The notes under the pieces were generated by a model that had not been told where the DNA came from, searched no databases, and saw only the letters and a program-made list of their open reading frames with translations. From Podarcis muralis (lineage: Eukaryota), in contig NC_135673.1 of NCBI RefSeq assembly GCF_964188315.1, positions 39,866,001-39,930,000 on the forward strand: a stretch of DNA of 64,000 nucleotides, given 5' to 3'. A program made the translations under genes and the position numbers. Within the stretch, counting starts at the first letter, position 1. Each line of letters starts with the position of its first letter. This document shows positions 35,726 to 47,085 of the stretch, piece after piece.

Positions 35726-36059
35726 TTTACGAACTTTACCATGTATCTAAAACCTCAAAATTCCTATCACCCTCATCTCCTGGCCACCAGCACCCCCTGG
35801 CCAGCCCCGGAGGCACCATTCGCCTGGGGAGCTTGTAGCCAGGGCTGCTGGAACAAACGGGTGTGCAAGCCGGGGGGGGGGGGGCAGAGATGCAAGAGGG
35901 CATCAGAGGAGGGAGGGAAGGAAAGAGGGACAGAGGCTAGTGTTGCTTGCGTCACCCATGACCATCCTTCAAAGCACCCCATCCCAAGGTGTCACAGCAC
36001 ACTGGATGAAAACCACTGCTTTAAGGGTTGCAAAGCTCAAAACACACTTTTTAATAAAC

Positions 36060-36267
36060 ACGCACGTGTTCGCTCGGAAGTCTGCAACGGCCTCCTGGAG
36101 CCGCCAGAGGGCGCTGCCGTCTTTTGACGGCACTTCCGCGTATGTACCCTGGAGGCCATCTAGCACCGTTTCCTGACGCCGCCTCTTTCCCCCATCAGCC
36201 TCTGCGCCGCTTCCTCTTCCTCTTTTCGTTTGTAGCCATTGTGGTGAGCGGTTCGTGGTGCTTCAGT
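36060..36267 (+). promoter_or_regulatory. RPL39 promoter and 5' UTR: ETS/GABP motifs, CTCF-like motif, 5' TOP tract
   Basis: cggaagt (about 36075) and acttccg (about 36132); ccgccagagggcgctg (36101-36116); pyrimidine tract cttcctcttcctcttttc (36210-36227), typical of ribosomal-protein TSSs. Confidence 0.7.
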
Positions 36268-36270
36268 ATG
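36268..36270 (+). CDS. RPL39: RPL39 exon 1 (ATG only)
   Basis: ATG|GTAAGT directly after the TOP-led 5' UTR; completes the 156-nt CDS. Confidence 0.9.
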
Positions 36271-36981
36271 GTAAGTTAATCCGTTGCCATCCTCCGCTGG
36301 GGCAGCTTTGCTAACCATCCCCGTGGCACCCCGCGTAGAATTAGTGTGAGACGCCCGTCCTCGTCCAAACCCCAGAAGTCTAGTAGCTATTTGGGGGAGG
36401 GGAAGGGTTCCCTGATATCCTGGTTCGTTCATTGCAAGGGGAGGCGGGGGGGAGCCCAGTACAAAATAGATGGGAGGGAAAGGACGGCAGGCCCAATATC
36501 CCATAATATTCTTATCTTCACAACAACCCCGAGAGGTAGGTTGCACTCCGAGAGACTGAGGAGCTCGCCGTGTAAACTTTTGGGCTGAGTTGCCTCCCCT
36601 TCGCCCCAACTGCACTGTTAGAATTGGCGGCAGCATCACGCAACCTCAAACGGCCACAGCTTCCCCAGAAGGATCCTGGGTGCTGTAGTTTGCTTAGGAT
36701 GCCTGAGCCTTGCTTGAGACCCCTGTTCCCCTCGGAGAGCTTTTATTCCTAACGTGGTTTAAACAACTCTCAGCAACCTTAACAAACTCCAGCTCCCGAG
36801 ATTCTTTTTTTGGGAAGACCCGACCGCTTCATTCAGCATAGCAGAGCTGTAAATATGTAGTGCAGAAAGGGAATCCCTCCCTGGTCTTACAGTGGAGCCT
36901 AATAGGGAAGCTATGGCCCTCCAGATGTTGATTATTGGCATCTTCTACCGTCTCTGAGCATTGGTGTTGAGCCCCCAATAG

Positions 36982-37281
<300 letters not shown>

Positions 37282-38031
37282 TAAGTGTACTCAATGCAGA
37301 ATCCTGTCCCCTACAGACTTCTATGCTAACTGATTCTTTACCATGGGCATGATCTTTCTGAAAGTGCTGGATGCTATCCTTTGCCCATAAGGAAAGCAGC
37401 CATGAGTTTCTTTCTTGGCTGATTGAACAGTAAATGCCACAGTGAACTCTCTTTAGTGCTTTCCTGTTATTGGCGACAGGACGTTCTGTTGGTTGGTTGA
37501 ACTTCCAGCTTACATCTTTTGTTCGTTTCTAACCTTCACATGAACCTTTTACTGCAGTGGTCCTGCTAGAAACACACGGAGAGCCTGGCCGGGGGAGGGG
37601 TCAGAAGGGGCCATCCAAGATACTGTGCAACCTTCCCAGAGGGAAAGGCCCGCTGCACACAGACGCAGGGGGGTTGGGGTTCTGGGGGTTTCCTGACTTC
37701 GCATGATTTTGCCTTTGTACATGGACTCCCAGAACCAACCCCTTGTGTGACTTGCAGGCCTTGTATATTGAAGGTCTCTATTGACATACCCTAGAACCTC
37801 AGCGTCAAAGGGTCCGTTCTTACTCAGTTTTTCCCAGATCTTTCGTGTGTGTGTGTTTTTTCTTGCAACAACACTTTCTCTTCCTACTGTTTCTTTTTAC
37901 GCCTCCTTTGAGCATGATGGGTTTTCCATACCTACCCACTAGCTATAATTTGGCTGTTGTGTTGGAATCATTGAGCTTTGTCTCCAATATCAGCTGTTCA
38001 GAGGTGAGTTTTCCAGATAAAGTGTATTCCC

Positions 38032-38163
38032 AAAGCAGGCTGCAATTACAGTGCTTCATTCTGTGGGAGCACTGCCATGTCCCTGCTGAGAGCAATTCTG
38101 TTACTTAGGAATCGATTTCACCTGTTCTGGTGAAATCGGACTCCCTTTTTAGCAGTGACAGGT
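38032..38163 (+). ncRNA. SNORA69: H/ACA box snoRNA SNORA69 (U69) in RPL39 intron 2
   Basis: aaagcaggctgcaattacagtgcttcatt 5' end recognised; H box AGAGCA after hairpin 1; aatcgatttcac..gtgaaatcgg hairpin; ACA three nt from the end; RPL39 is the established host gene. Confidence 0.85.
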
Positions 38164-39270
38164 GTGCAAGGAAAACTCCAAACAACGTGAACACTTCCAG
38201 TGAAAATGACCAGTGGAAGCTTTTCTACAGGAAATTCCTCTATGGTTGTGAATAAAGGGCTGTGTTTTTATTAGGCCATGTTCTATCAGTGAAAGATAAT
38301 CCAGAAGTCCCATCTTTCCAGGCCTCTCAAAAGGAATTAAATGTTGTGCAATAATAAGGAATTCTTTCCCCACAAAAACAAGCCATGAAGACTTTCAGTG
38401 GCTAGAACTACTGATTGATAACTCCATCAGTACATCTCTTATCCACTGTGCACAGCTTGGTGCCACTGCTGCATGGACAAAGGTAGTAGTCAGTGATACA
38501 TAATGTGTGCATATTTTTTGCCTTCTTGCCATACCTTTTCCCAAAGCCTGCTACACACGTGTGCCATTCTCCAAACACCCGTAGTTTCTTTGTGGTTTGC
38601 CAGACCCCAAAGGCTGGTGTTTTAGACTCATTTTTATTTATTACTGGGGACAAAGAGCTGTCCCCACAATGTATCCCAAGTTTAAGTTGACACCAGTTGA
38701 CATTGGTTCAGATTTCTAATAGATAAGTCAAAAGCTTTGGTTAAAATTCACCCACACCCAGTCAATTAAGTAGGCTGGTATTTAAGAGCCTCTTCTACAG
38801 GAAGGGGAATTGTTAGCTTAATTAGGATGGAAAAGGAAGGTAATCACACAGGTAGTATTTTTAAAATATTTAAATTCTAAGTTTAGAATGTAAACTTATT
38901 TTCCCCCATAATGTAAAACTATTTTGGTTAAAAATTATAATTTTGTTAGAATAGGAAATGCACCAGTACTTAGTGCATAGGGTTTTGGGTATGTGCATGT
39001 GTACCTTCTGAATTCTTGAAATTATCTCACATATATAGTACAATATTAATATGTGCTCATGTGAGAGGAAGCAGGGGAGCACAAATGGCTCTGGGAAAGT
39101 CACACTTTCTTCTGCTAGCAGATGTGGGTCCCTTTGAAAAGTGCCATATGCAGTTTGCAAGGGGGTGACCAGTTCACTTGCTTACTATTTGCTTAACACA
39201 GCCTGGGATTTTGGTCTGCTGGAGAGACAGAGCTGTGCCTTGCTTACTAATCATGTCCCTTTTGTTCTAG

Positions 39271-39319
39271 GTACAACTCCAAAAGGAGACATTGGAGGAG
39301 GACCAAGCTCGGCCTGTAA
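39271..39319 (+). CDS. RPL39: RPL39 exon 3
   Basis: YNSKRRHWRRTKLGL*; 49 nt; total protein 51 aa. Confidence 0.98.
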
Positions 39320-41205
39320 AGAGAAGCAGCTCCAATCTTCCCGGCACAACCCTGAATCTTCCATCAAACTCTCAAGCACCAGAATGGTCTCTTCCTACCA
39401 ACCTGCCACATTATCGGGGCTGGAATTCTGTCTTGTGCTGTGCAGTCTCCCAACTTTGTAAAAATATTTGTTAATACAAATATTAATGAATTAAAAACTG
39501 AATGATGAAAAGCATTGTGTTAGCGTATGTCTTTTGGTTCTCAGTCCCATGCGTACTGGCTGAATTCTTGTTGACAGTGGAGAGAAGCTCATTAATAAAT
39601 ATAAGATTCCACATAGTCTAGCGAATTAGCGACTTCTGGTTGGATTTACTGTTTATACTTGCTACACACAAGGGGAGCTGGCAGCAGTGCAAAAGGCTAA
39701 TAGCTGTGAAATTGGCATGTATTGCATTGAAGGCTGAGAATTTCCAACTGTGTCTTGGTGGGTGAATAGTTTGAAACAAGCTGGCCAAAAAACCCCACAG
39801 TGACAATCACCGTCCTCCACGGCTGGAAGTGGGATTGGAATGCCATAGGCTTTGGCTAAGGAAGTACCAAGCAAAAGCTGGAAATGGGGGCAGGAATGCG
39901 TAGAGGTGGGGTAGAGCACCTCAGATGTAACCAATGAAGAACCAAAAAAAGGGAAGAGTTTTTAAAAGCCATGGAGTAGATGTGAGCTTGAGCCAGAGAA
40001 CTTTTAGCATGCAATACCTGTGCTCTACCAGTGAATTTCAAACCCTTGCCAAAAACTCTTAGGAGAATCTGAGAACACTGCAAGGACAAGCTGAGGGAGG
40101 GGATTATGTGCAATTATATAAAATACTTTATATGATATACAAGAAAGTACTCTCAAAATTCTGGTGATTCAATTCAGGCATGGGAAACAAAGCTTTCTGG
40201 GTGCTGCTGAACTACAACTCCCATCAGCCCTGTGGCCAGTGGTCACAGGTGATGGGAGTTGTAAGGGTCAGATGGGATTACCATGAGGATTTATAGAATA
40301 TACATCAAGCCATCGTGTCCACGATAAAAGCATTGTGTTGACTAGGTTTGATATATTGACGATAATTTCTGATTAAATCCCATAAGATTCTACATTCATG
40401 TCCTTTTCATGCCCTTTTGCCTCTACTGCCCATTCCTCTCTTCTTCACAAGTCACGTACACAGCAGCTCAGCAATTGCTTCGCCAGGCAGGCATCCTGGG
40501 CCATAAAGATTGTGTGGCAAGCTTATTTGAAGTAGCTCTCTAATGTATATTAATCTTAGGGTGTTAATCTTAGGGCCAGGAAACAGATCTCACATGAAGG
40601 TGATACTGATTGCTATCCTCCTGGCCATCCTCCTTATCATGTGTACTGATTGTTTATGACCTCCGGGGTTGCCAGATACTCTTCTTTGTAGTTGTCAACT
40701 TATTTACCCCAGAAATATTTGTGCTTAATTAGTTTTAGTGGTGTAACTTTTCCCCCACGTGGGGTTTGATGAAATGCTCAGAGGAAATATGATTGGTTCT
40801 TACGAGCACTGTGTAAAAGATTCTTTTGCTAATAAAATGGCCTGGCGAGGGGTGTGGTGGACGCACTTTTCTCCGAGAGCCTTGCTGGTCAAAGCCTCAT
40901 GTCTTGTTTTTAATCAGGATCCAGTCCTTCCTTTACTTTGCGAACGCAACAGGAGTTGTCATTCAGCAAGATCTGGAGAGCCAAAATTTCCCAACCTCTG
41001 CTCTAATAAGGTCTTTTTTTTTAAGGCTTCCAGTTCACTTTGATGGAGAACACATCCACACACAAAATAATGCATTCACAGGCATGCACTCAGACATTTA
41101 CCATGGTTTTTCCACTTGGTAATATTCTTGGTGTTGACGTAATTTACAAATCCAAACTCTTTAAAACCTCCAGTGGGACTTCACAGTTTTGCCTGTGGAG
41201 TTAAC

Positions 41206-41831
41206 CATGGGTCCTTAAACTTTTTAAACGGGGGGGGGGGGGCGGTTCACTGTCCCTCAAACACTGCCGGAGGCCGGGATATTGTTTTTAAAAAATGCAT
41301 ATTTATGCAGAAGTCGCTCCCCTATTTTTTACTCAAGAGTAAACCCGTTGACATGAGTGGCCATGCCTAACCCGGGTCCATTCATTCCAGCGGGCCTGCC
41401 CTCTGCATAAAAGTTAAGTTGACATCACGTCCCACCAAAGCACAACAACTGGGTAAGTGCGCACCACGCAACGGTCACAATATTGGGCAAGGTCTCTGTG
41501 TGCATAATTGCTGGCTCCGTGCAAGCGCCACACAAATCTGGCAACAATCGTCTCCTCCGCTTTGCCGCAGGGAGACGGGAGAGCAGCCCTGCACCTGACA
41601 CCTAAGCCCAGTTTCCTGCAAATGTGGCAGCACCTCTTCCTCACCCAATTCGAAGCTGCGCCAGCGTCACTGCCTGCCCAGAAGCTGCGCCAGCGTCGCA
41701 GAAGTCAGTCCCCGTGCAGCGAGGTGTCCACAGTGGCCGGGGACTGACTGAGCAGGTGGCAGAGTCTGCGGGCCAGAATTACAAGCCAGGGGGCTGCATC
41801 CGGCCCCCGGACCATAGTTTGCAGACCCCTG
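41206..41831. mobile_element. Non-autonomous hAT element, about 620 bp
   Basis: Termini catgggtccttaaact and agtttgcagacccctg; degenerate 8-bp flanks gagttaac and gaattacc. Confidence 0.6.
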
Positions 41832-42216
41832 GAATTACCGTAGCTCTCCCCACCCTGCCTGGATTGGCTCAATATATTTTAAAAGAAAACATAACCGGAT
41901 TCTATTAAAACTTATTTTGTATTTCTCAAATAGCATTTAGGGGAAGAAAGAATAAAAAGGCTGGTTGAACTCTGTAGGTTCTCAGAAGGCAATCAATGCA
42001 TCTTGTCAGTACAGTACTGTTAAGCAGAGTAAACAGTGGAGAGGCTGCTGTACAAGGAAATAGCTTTCTGGTTTCTGTTGAGCTTGTAAGTTTTGTATTT
42101 ACAGTGCCAGGAGATCTAACTGTATAAAGAAAGCAATGATGACAACGAAGGAACAAAACACAAGGTCTTTGAGACACAGCATGGAACACCACATGCCAAA
42201 CGTGATGGACCTAAAT

Positions 42217-42594
42217 CAGGGGTCCCCAAACTAAGGTCCACAGGCCAGATAAGGCCTGAGGGACTCGTTTATCTGGCCCGCAGCGACCCCTGCTGCCGCC
42301 GCCCGCTCTTATCAGCACTGCGCTGCGCGGCTGCCCACTTCCGGGTTGGAGGAGCACCGAAAATAGTTTGTGCGCATGTGCAAGCATTATTTGCGCACGT
42401 GCAAGCGTTATTTCCGGTGCACATCCATGTCGGAGGAGGCCCATGCACATGCGCACAAGCTATTTCTGGTGCTCCTTCAACCCAGAAATAGCGTGTGCGC
42501 ATGCATAAGGACACACGCTCCCCCGCCCTCCAGCCCAACGCATGCTCAGCGCTGGAGACACTGGCCCGAGGTGCGGTAAGTTTGCTGACCCCTG
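42217..42594. mobile_element. hAT (Charlie-like) MITE
   Basis: Termini caggggtccccaaact and agtttgctgacccctg; interior rich in tgcgcatg repeats. Confidence 0.8.
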
Positions 42595-43066
42595 ATCTTA
42601 ATAAATCACATATGCCATATTGTAGGTGGAAATGTATAAATTAAATTCTGACAGAATTAAATGGGTAGTTAAAGATGAAGAATGATAAATAATGATGTGC
42701 TCCCTCTTCAGCCTAGATCTCCTAGCCGACTTTGGAGTTAAGTCTGATGTTAACCAGTTCCAGTTTGTAAAGATGTGTGCTGGCTTATTGGATCGGAAGA
42801 ACAGGAAAATGGGCAAATTTAAGAGTGCATTAATGTATGACCTAGAGAGCCTTCCAGATGAAGTGTGCTTACATTGAAAATAGGCACTGGAGGCAAGTCT
42901 CTTGTTTCCCTCTGCCCCTCAAAGGTTTGTTTGTCTGGTACATCCTTTTGGGAAGAATGCAGCTCCCAACACAACTAAACCACACATACAAGCTGGTTTG
43001 TACATTGCTATTAGTTCATTTGGATAAGTATGTAAGAAGCGACATGTTGAATCATCTAGTCCAGTG

Positions 43067-43186
43067 TTTCCCAAACTTGGGTTTCCAGCTGTTTTTGGAC
43101 TGCAACTCCTATCATCCCTATCTAGCAGGGGTGATGGGGATTGCAGTCCAAAAACAGCTGGGGACCCAAGTTAGGGAAAAACTGAC
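43067..43186. mobile_element. Palindromic hAT MITE
   Basis: cagtgtttcccaaacttggg.tccagctgtttttggactgcaa mirrored by ttgcagtccaaaaacagctggggacccaagttagggaaaaactg; ctag-centred flanks. Confidence 0.8.
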
Positions 43187-43260
43187 CTAGTTCACCTAGG
43201 TCCAGCATCCTGTTCTCACAGTGGTCAACCACCCAAGTTGGTGGTCACCACTGCCTCCTG

Positions 43261-43620
43261 CAGATGGCGCTGTGGTCTAAACCACTGAGCCTCTTGGGCT
43301 TGCTGATCAGAAGGTCGGCAGTTCGAATCCCCACAATGGGGTGAGCTCCCATTGCTCTGCCCCAGCTCCTGCCAACCTAACCAGTTCAAAAGCACACCAG
43401 TGCAAGTAGATAAATAGGCTGGAAGGTAAACGGCTTTTCCGTGTGCTCTGGCACTTGTCACGGTGTTCCATTGCACCAGAAGCAGTTTAGTCATGCTGGC
43501 CACATGACCCAGAAAGCTGTCTGTGGACAAACACCGGCTCCCTTGGCCTGAATGAGCGCCGCAACCCCATAGTCGCCTTTGACTGGACTTAACTGTCCTT
43601 GGATCCTTTTCCTTTACCTT
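43261..43620 (+). mobile_element. Sauria-type SINE with 11-bp TSD
   Basis: TSD actgcctcctg on both sides. Confidence 0.9.
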
Positions 43621-44123
43621 ACTGCCTCCTGTGGGAGCGAATTCCCATAGCTGAACTATATGCTGTGTGAAGGACTATTTCCTTTTAATGTGAGTGGGTG
43701 TGTCAGCAGCAGCAGTCTAGTGCCCTTGCCATTACTTTTCTGATTCTGTTACATTTGCCTGAGGTGAGGGGTTAAGTTCCTTTCATTGTTAAATTAGTTC
43801 TCCTTTCTTGTTGAGCTGCTTGTTGAGGGCAACTAAGGAGGGGTTGATGTTGCTAGACTCCCTTCAGCTCCAGCCATCGTGACCACAGCAAATTGCTGTA
43901 ATTTCCTATGTCCTAGCAAAGTCATCTATGAGTTCATATCCTTATGTAGCCAAAACGGCACTCAAAGAGGGAGGGATCCGCTCAGCTGAAGTTGCTTATA
44001 GAATCAGAGTTGGAAGGGACCATGAGGGTCATCTTCTCCAACCCCCTTCAATGCAGGGATCTTTTTGCCCAACGTTGGGCTCGAACTCACAACCCATGCT
44101 CTTAATTATGAAGATTATTAAGG

Positions 44124-44479
44124 AAGGTAAAGGTAAAGGGCCCCCTGACCATTAGGTCCAGTCGTGGCCGACTCTGGGGTTGCAGCGCTCATCTCGCTTT
44201 ATTGGCCAAGGGAGCCGGCGTACAGCTTCTAGGTCATGTGGCCAGCATGACTAAGGCGCTTCTGGTGAGCCAGAGCAGCGCACGGAAACGCCGTTTACCT
44301 TCCTACCAGAGCGGTACCTATTTATCTACTTGCACTTTGATGTGCTTTTGAACTGCTAGGTTGGCAGGAGCAGGGACCGAGTAACGGGAGCTCACCCCAT
44401 CGCGGGGATTTGAAGCGCTGACCTTCTGATTGGCAAGTCCTAGGCTCTGTGGTTTAACCCACAGCGCCACCCGCGTCCC
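44124..44479 (-). mobile_element. Sauria-type SINE with TSD
   Basis: TSD tattaaggaag on both sides. Confidence 0.92.
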
Positions 44480-45172
44480 TATTAAGGAAGACTCCCAAAC
44501 AATTTTCAAGTGGTCCATGCTGGGGAGGGAAGGAGTTTTGAGAACCGTTGCGACAGACAATTCTGCTTCACCTTGTGAGGAGTACTCACCTGGAACAAAG
44601 TGAAGACCATGTAGTACTTGAAGATGATGCAGCCGATGCTTCAGACATCACAGAGCTGGGCCAACTGAGCTCCAGAATGAAGCCCAATTTGCTAATGGTG
44701 ACAGAGCTCTGTGGCCACAATGTAGAGAAAGTGTTGGGAAGTAGGGACTGTAAGGGAGTATACTGAAAGTGGGTGTGGCTGGCTGCAGATGCACATAGGA
44801 GCACATCATACTGCATTTTGTTCACGTCTCCCTAGTTTGGTTCTCTATCCATCACCCCCTTCATAAGCTGTGTAGTGCTAGAAGTTTGAATTGTCCTTTT
44901 TTTTTTTACATACACATGTAAACATCTCAAAGTTGGTTCTTGTCAAGTTCTGAGAGGAAGTCTATGTGCCCCCTTGTATCTGATGGAGACAAAGAGCCTT
45001 CAATTTGGCTAGGATTCCCCGACTCCAACACCCCAGTCCTTTATTTGAAACAGAGAATGATCCTCTGGAGTCACCCTGAAAGTTATTCCCACTTACTGTT
45101 GGTTAAGCTAGAACTACACCGGTGGTGGGGAATCAGAACAGTATATCTGGAAAGGGCTCCAGGGATCTAGTC

Positions 45173-45421
45173 CATGGGTAGGCAAACTAAGGCCCGGGGG
45201 CCGCATCCGGCCCAATCGCCTTCTAAAGGCGGCCCATGGACGGTCTGGGAATCAGCGTGTTTTTACATGAGTAGAATGTGTCCTTTCATTCAAAATGCAT
45301 CTCTGGGTTATTTGTGGGGCATAGGAATTCATTCATTTTCCCCCCAAAATATAGTCCGGCCCCCCACAAGGTCTGAGGGACAGTGGACCAGCCCCCTGCT
45401 GGAAAAGTTTGCTGACCCCTG
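45173..45421. mobile_element. hAT-Charlie MITE
   Basis: Termini catgggtaggcaaact and agtttgctgacccctg; TSD atctagtc and ctctagtc (NTCTAGNN-type target). Confidence 0.85.
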
Positions 45422-45632
45422 CTCTAGTCCAACCCCCCTGCAATGTGGGAATAAGCTAGGGGTCCTCAGGGTTCTGAGAGTTGTTAGCAAACCCCTATTC
45501 TCTTTCTGGGAATATGAAAGAAAGAAGAGAAAAATACGCAGGTTTTTTCCACAGGAGCAAACCTTGCACAGGTTGCGGAATTTATTTTTCTTAGTGCAGA
45601 ATTACAGTTGCTTTCAGACACTGCATGCACAC

Positions 45633-45840
45633 CCCTATCTGCAGGTTCCTTTCTGGGGAACAAGGAGACCAATAGGGGCTTTCCCGAACTTAGTCTTACC
45701 CACTTTGTCACACCAATCCACTGTGTCACCCCCTCCCCTATCTGCAGGTTCCTTTCTGGGGAACAAGGAGACAAATAGGGGTTTCCCCAAACTTAGCCTT
45801 ACCCATTTTGTCACACCAATCCCCTTTGTCACTCCCACCC
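45633..45840. repeat. Tandem duplication of about 103 bp, two copies
   Basis: cccctatctgcaggttcctttctggggaacaaggagac...cttacccactttgtcacaccaatcc occurs twice in succession. Confidence 0.85.
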
Positions 45841-46059
45841 CTTCCTTCCGAATTTCAGGCCTTGGATCTCATACCTGAGGCCAAAAAGCAAACGCAGGCA
45901 GGTTTGCTGAAGCTATCCCCTTCTGGCGACATATCTCAATCTCACAACAGCCACCTCCAGTGCTTCCTCCTTCTACAGTCCCAGCCTCTCATTTAATGGC
46001 TTTGATTACAGACCACTCACAGCCAACAGGTCCAACTGCCTCAACCACAGAGCAGGCAT

Positions 46060-47085
46060 CTAACGCTCTTGGAAGAACGCAATGGCTTGTCTGAACTTGT
46101 TCCTGAAATAAGACAGTCTGGGCGTGGCCCTCTGGCTGTGTCCTCTGCCCTTGGCTTCCTTGCTGTCCCCCTTGAACATGCCAATTCCACCTCGCGCTGA
46201 TGGAGCACAGTTGTTGTTGGCGTTTCCAGTTCCTAGCTGGGCCAGGTCTTCCTCACAAGCCCCCGAGAGCTCCTTTAACTCTCTGGAAGCATCTGCTCGG
46301 AGGTACTGCCACGCCTTGCGGCCGTTGTGGTCCCGAAGGCTTGTATTGGCTCCGTAGGCTCCCACCAGCACTTTGATGACCATCTCATGGCCTTGGAGGG
46401 CGGCTAGGTGCAAAGGGGTTAGTCTGCCACTGGCTGAGGGCATGTTGACATCAAATGGGTAGCAATTCCTTTCCGCAAAAGAAATCACCTCAATCAAGTC
46501 TTCATGGCGGCCATGTTTGGCCAACCAGTGGAGGACAGAGAAGCCCGTCACAAAGTCTCTCCTGGAGAGCAGGCTGGGGTCCTTGGCCAGTAAGTTGAGG
46601 ATGCTCTCTGCGTCTCCTTGGGCGACAGTCAACATCCACTCATGCTCCACTGGATCCAGAGCTAAGGACAAGTCATCAGTGTTCCCATCCATGAGAGGTT
46701 CCTGATCTGGTTGGGTGTCCAGCACAACGCTCTCCTGATGGGAAGCTGTCACCCACATAGGTTTGGCCTGGCTGCTTTGGAAGAGCTTATCCTTCAGTCC
46801 CTTCCTTCTCGTGCTACCATAACCCATTGATAGTCTGGCTGTGTCCACCCCCGTTGCCCAGTTCCCCGAACGCCTGCTTGACCTGTTCATGCTTCTGCTG
46901 AAGTTGGACAACAACTGTCCTCGTCGGAGAATTAAGCTTTCAGCCCGGCTGCTGGGCCTGGGAGACTGGCTGCCAACAGCAGTCTGCGGCCGAGCACGGG
47001 TGGCGTCTTCCTGTATGCATGGCTTAAAACCTGGAAGCACCTGTTGTCCCTCTTCCAAGCCATCTTCCCTTTGTTTTTCTGCCAT
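46060..47085 (-). CDS. SOWAHD: Ankyrin-repeat protein SOWAHD (ANKRD58), single coding exon, 341 aa
   Basis: First ATG (MAEKQ...) at 47085; LDPVEHEWMLTVAQGD, RRDFVTGFSVLHWLAKHG, TPLHLAALQGH, GRKAWQYL are SOWAH-family motifs; position between RPL39 and SEPTIN6 identifies paralogue D. Confidence 0.92.
   Translation of the reverse strand: MAEKQREDGLEEGQQVLPGFKPCIQEDATRARPQTAVGSQSPRPSSRAESLILRRGQLLSNFSRSMNRSSRRSGNWATGVDTARLSMGYGSTRRKGLKDKLFQSSQAKPMWVTASHQESVVLDTQPDQEPLMDGNTDDLSLALDPVEHEWMLTVAQGDAESILNLLAKDPSLLSRRDFVTGFSVLHWLAKHGRHEDLIEVISFAERNCYPFDVNMPSASGRLTPLHLAALQGHEMVIKVLVGAYGANTSLRDHNGRKAWQYLRADASRELKELSGACEEDLAQLGTGNANNNCAPSARGGIGMFKGDSKEAKGRGHSQRATPRLSYFRNKFRQAIAFFQER

Noticed and set aside
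37343-37432. Second H/ACA snoRNA in RPL39 intron 2
   Set aside because: An AAAGCA H-like box and an ACA are present, but the 3' hairpin is too short for a guide pocket and the total is only about 90 nt.
45174-45878. 234-aa plus-strand ORF
   Set aside because: Runs through a hAT MITE and a tandem duplication; no domain signal.
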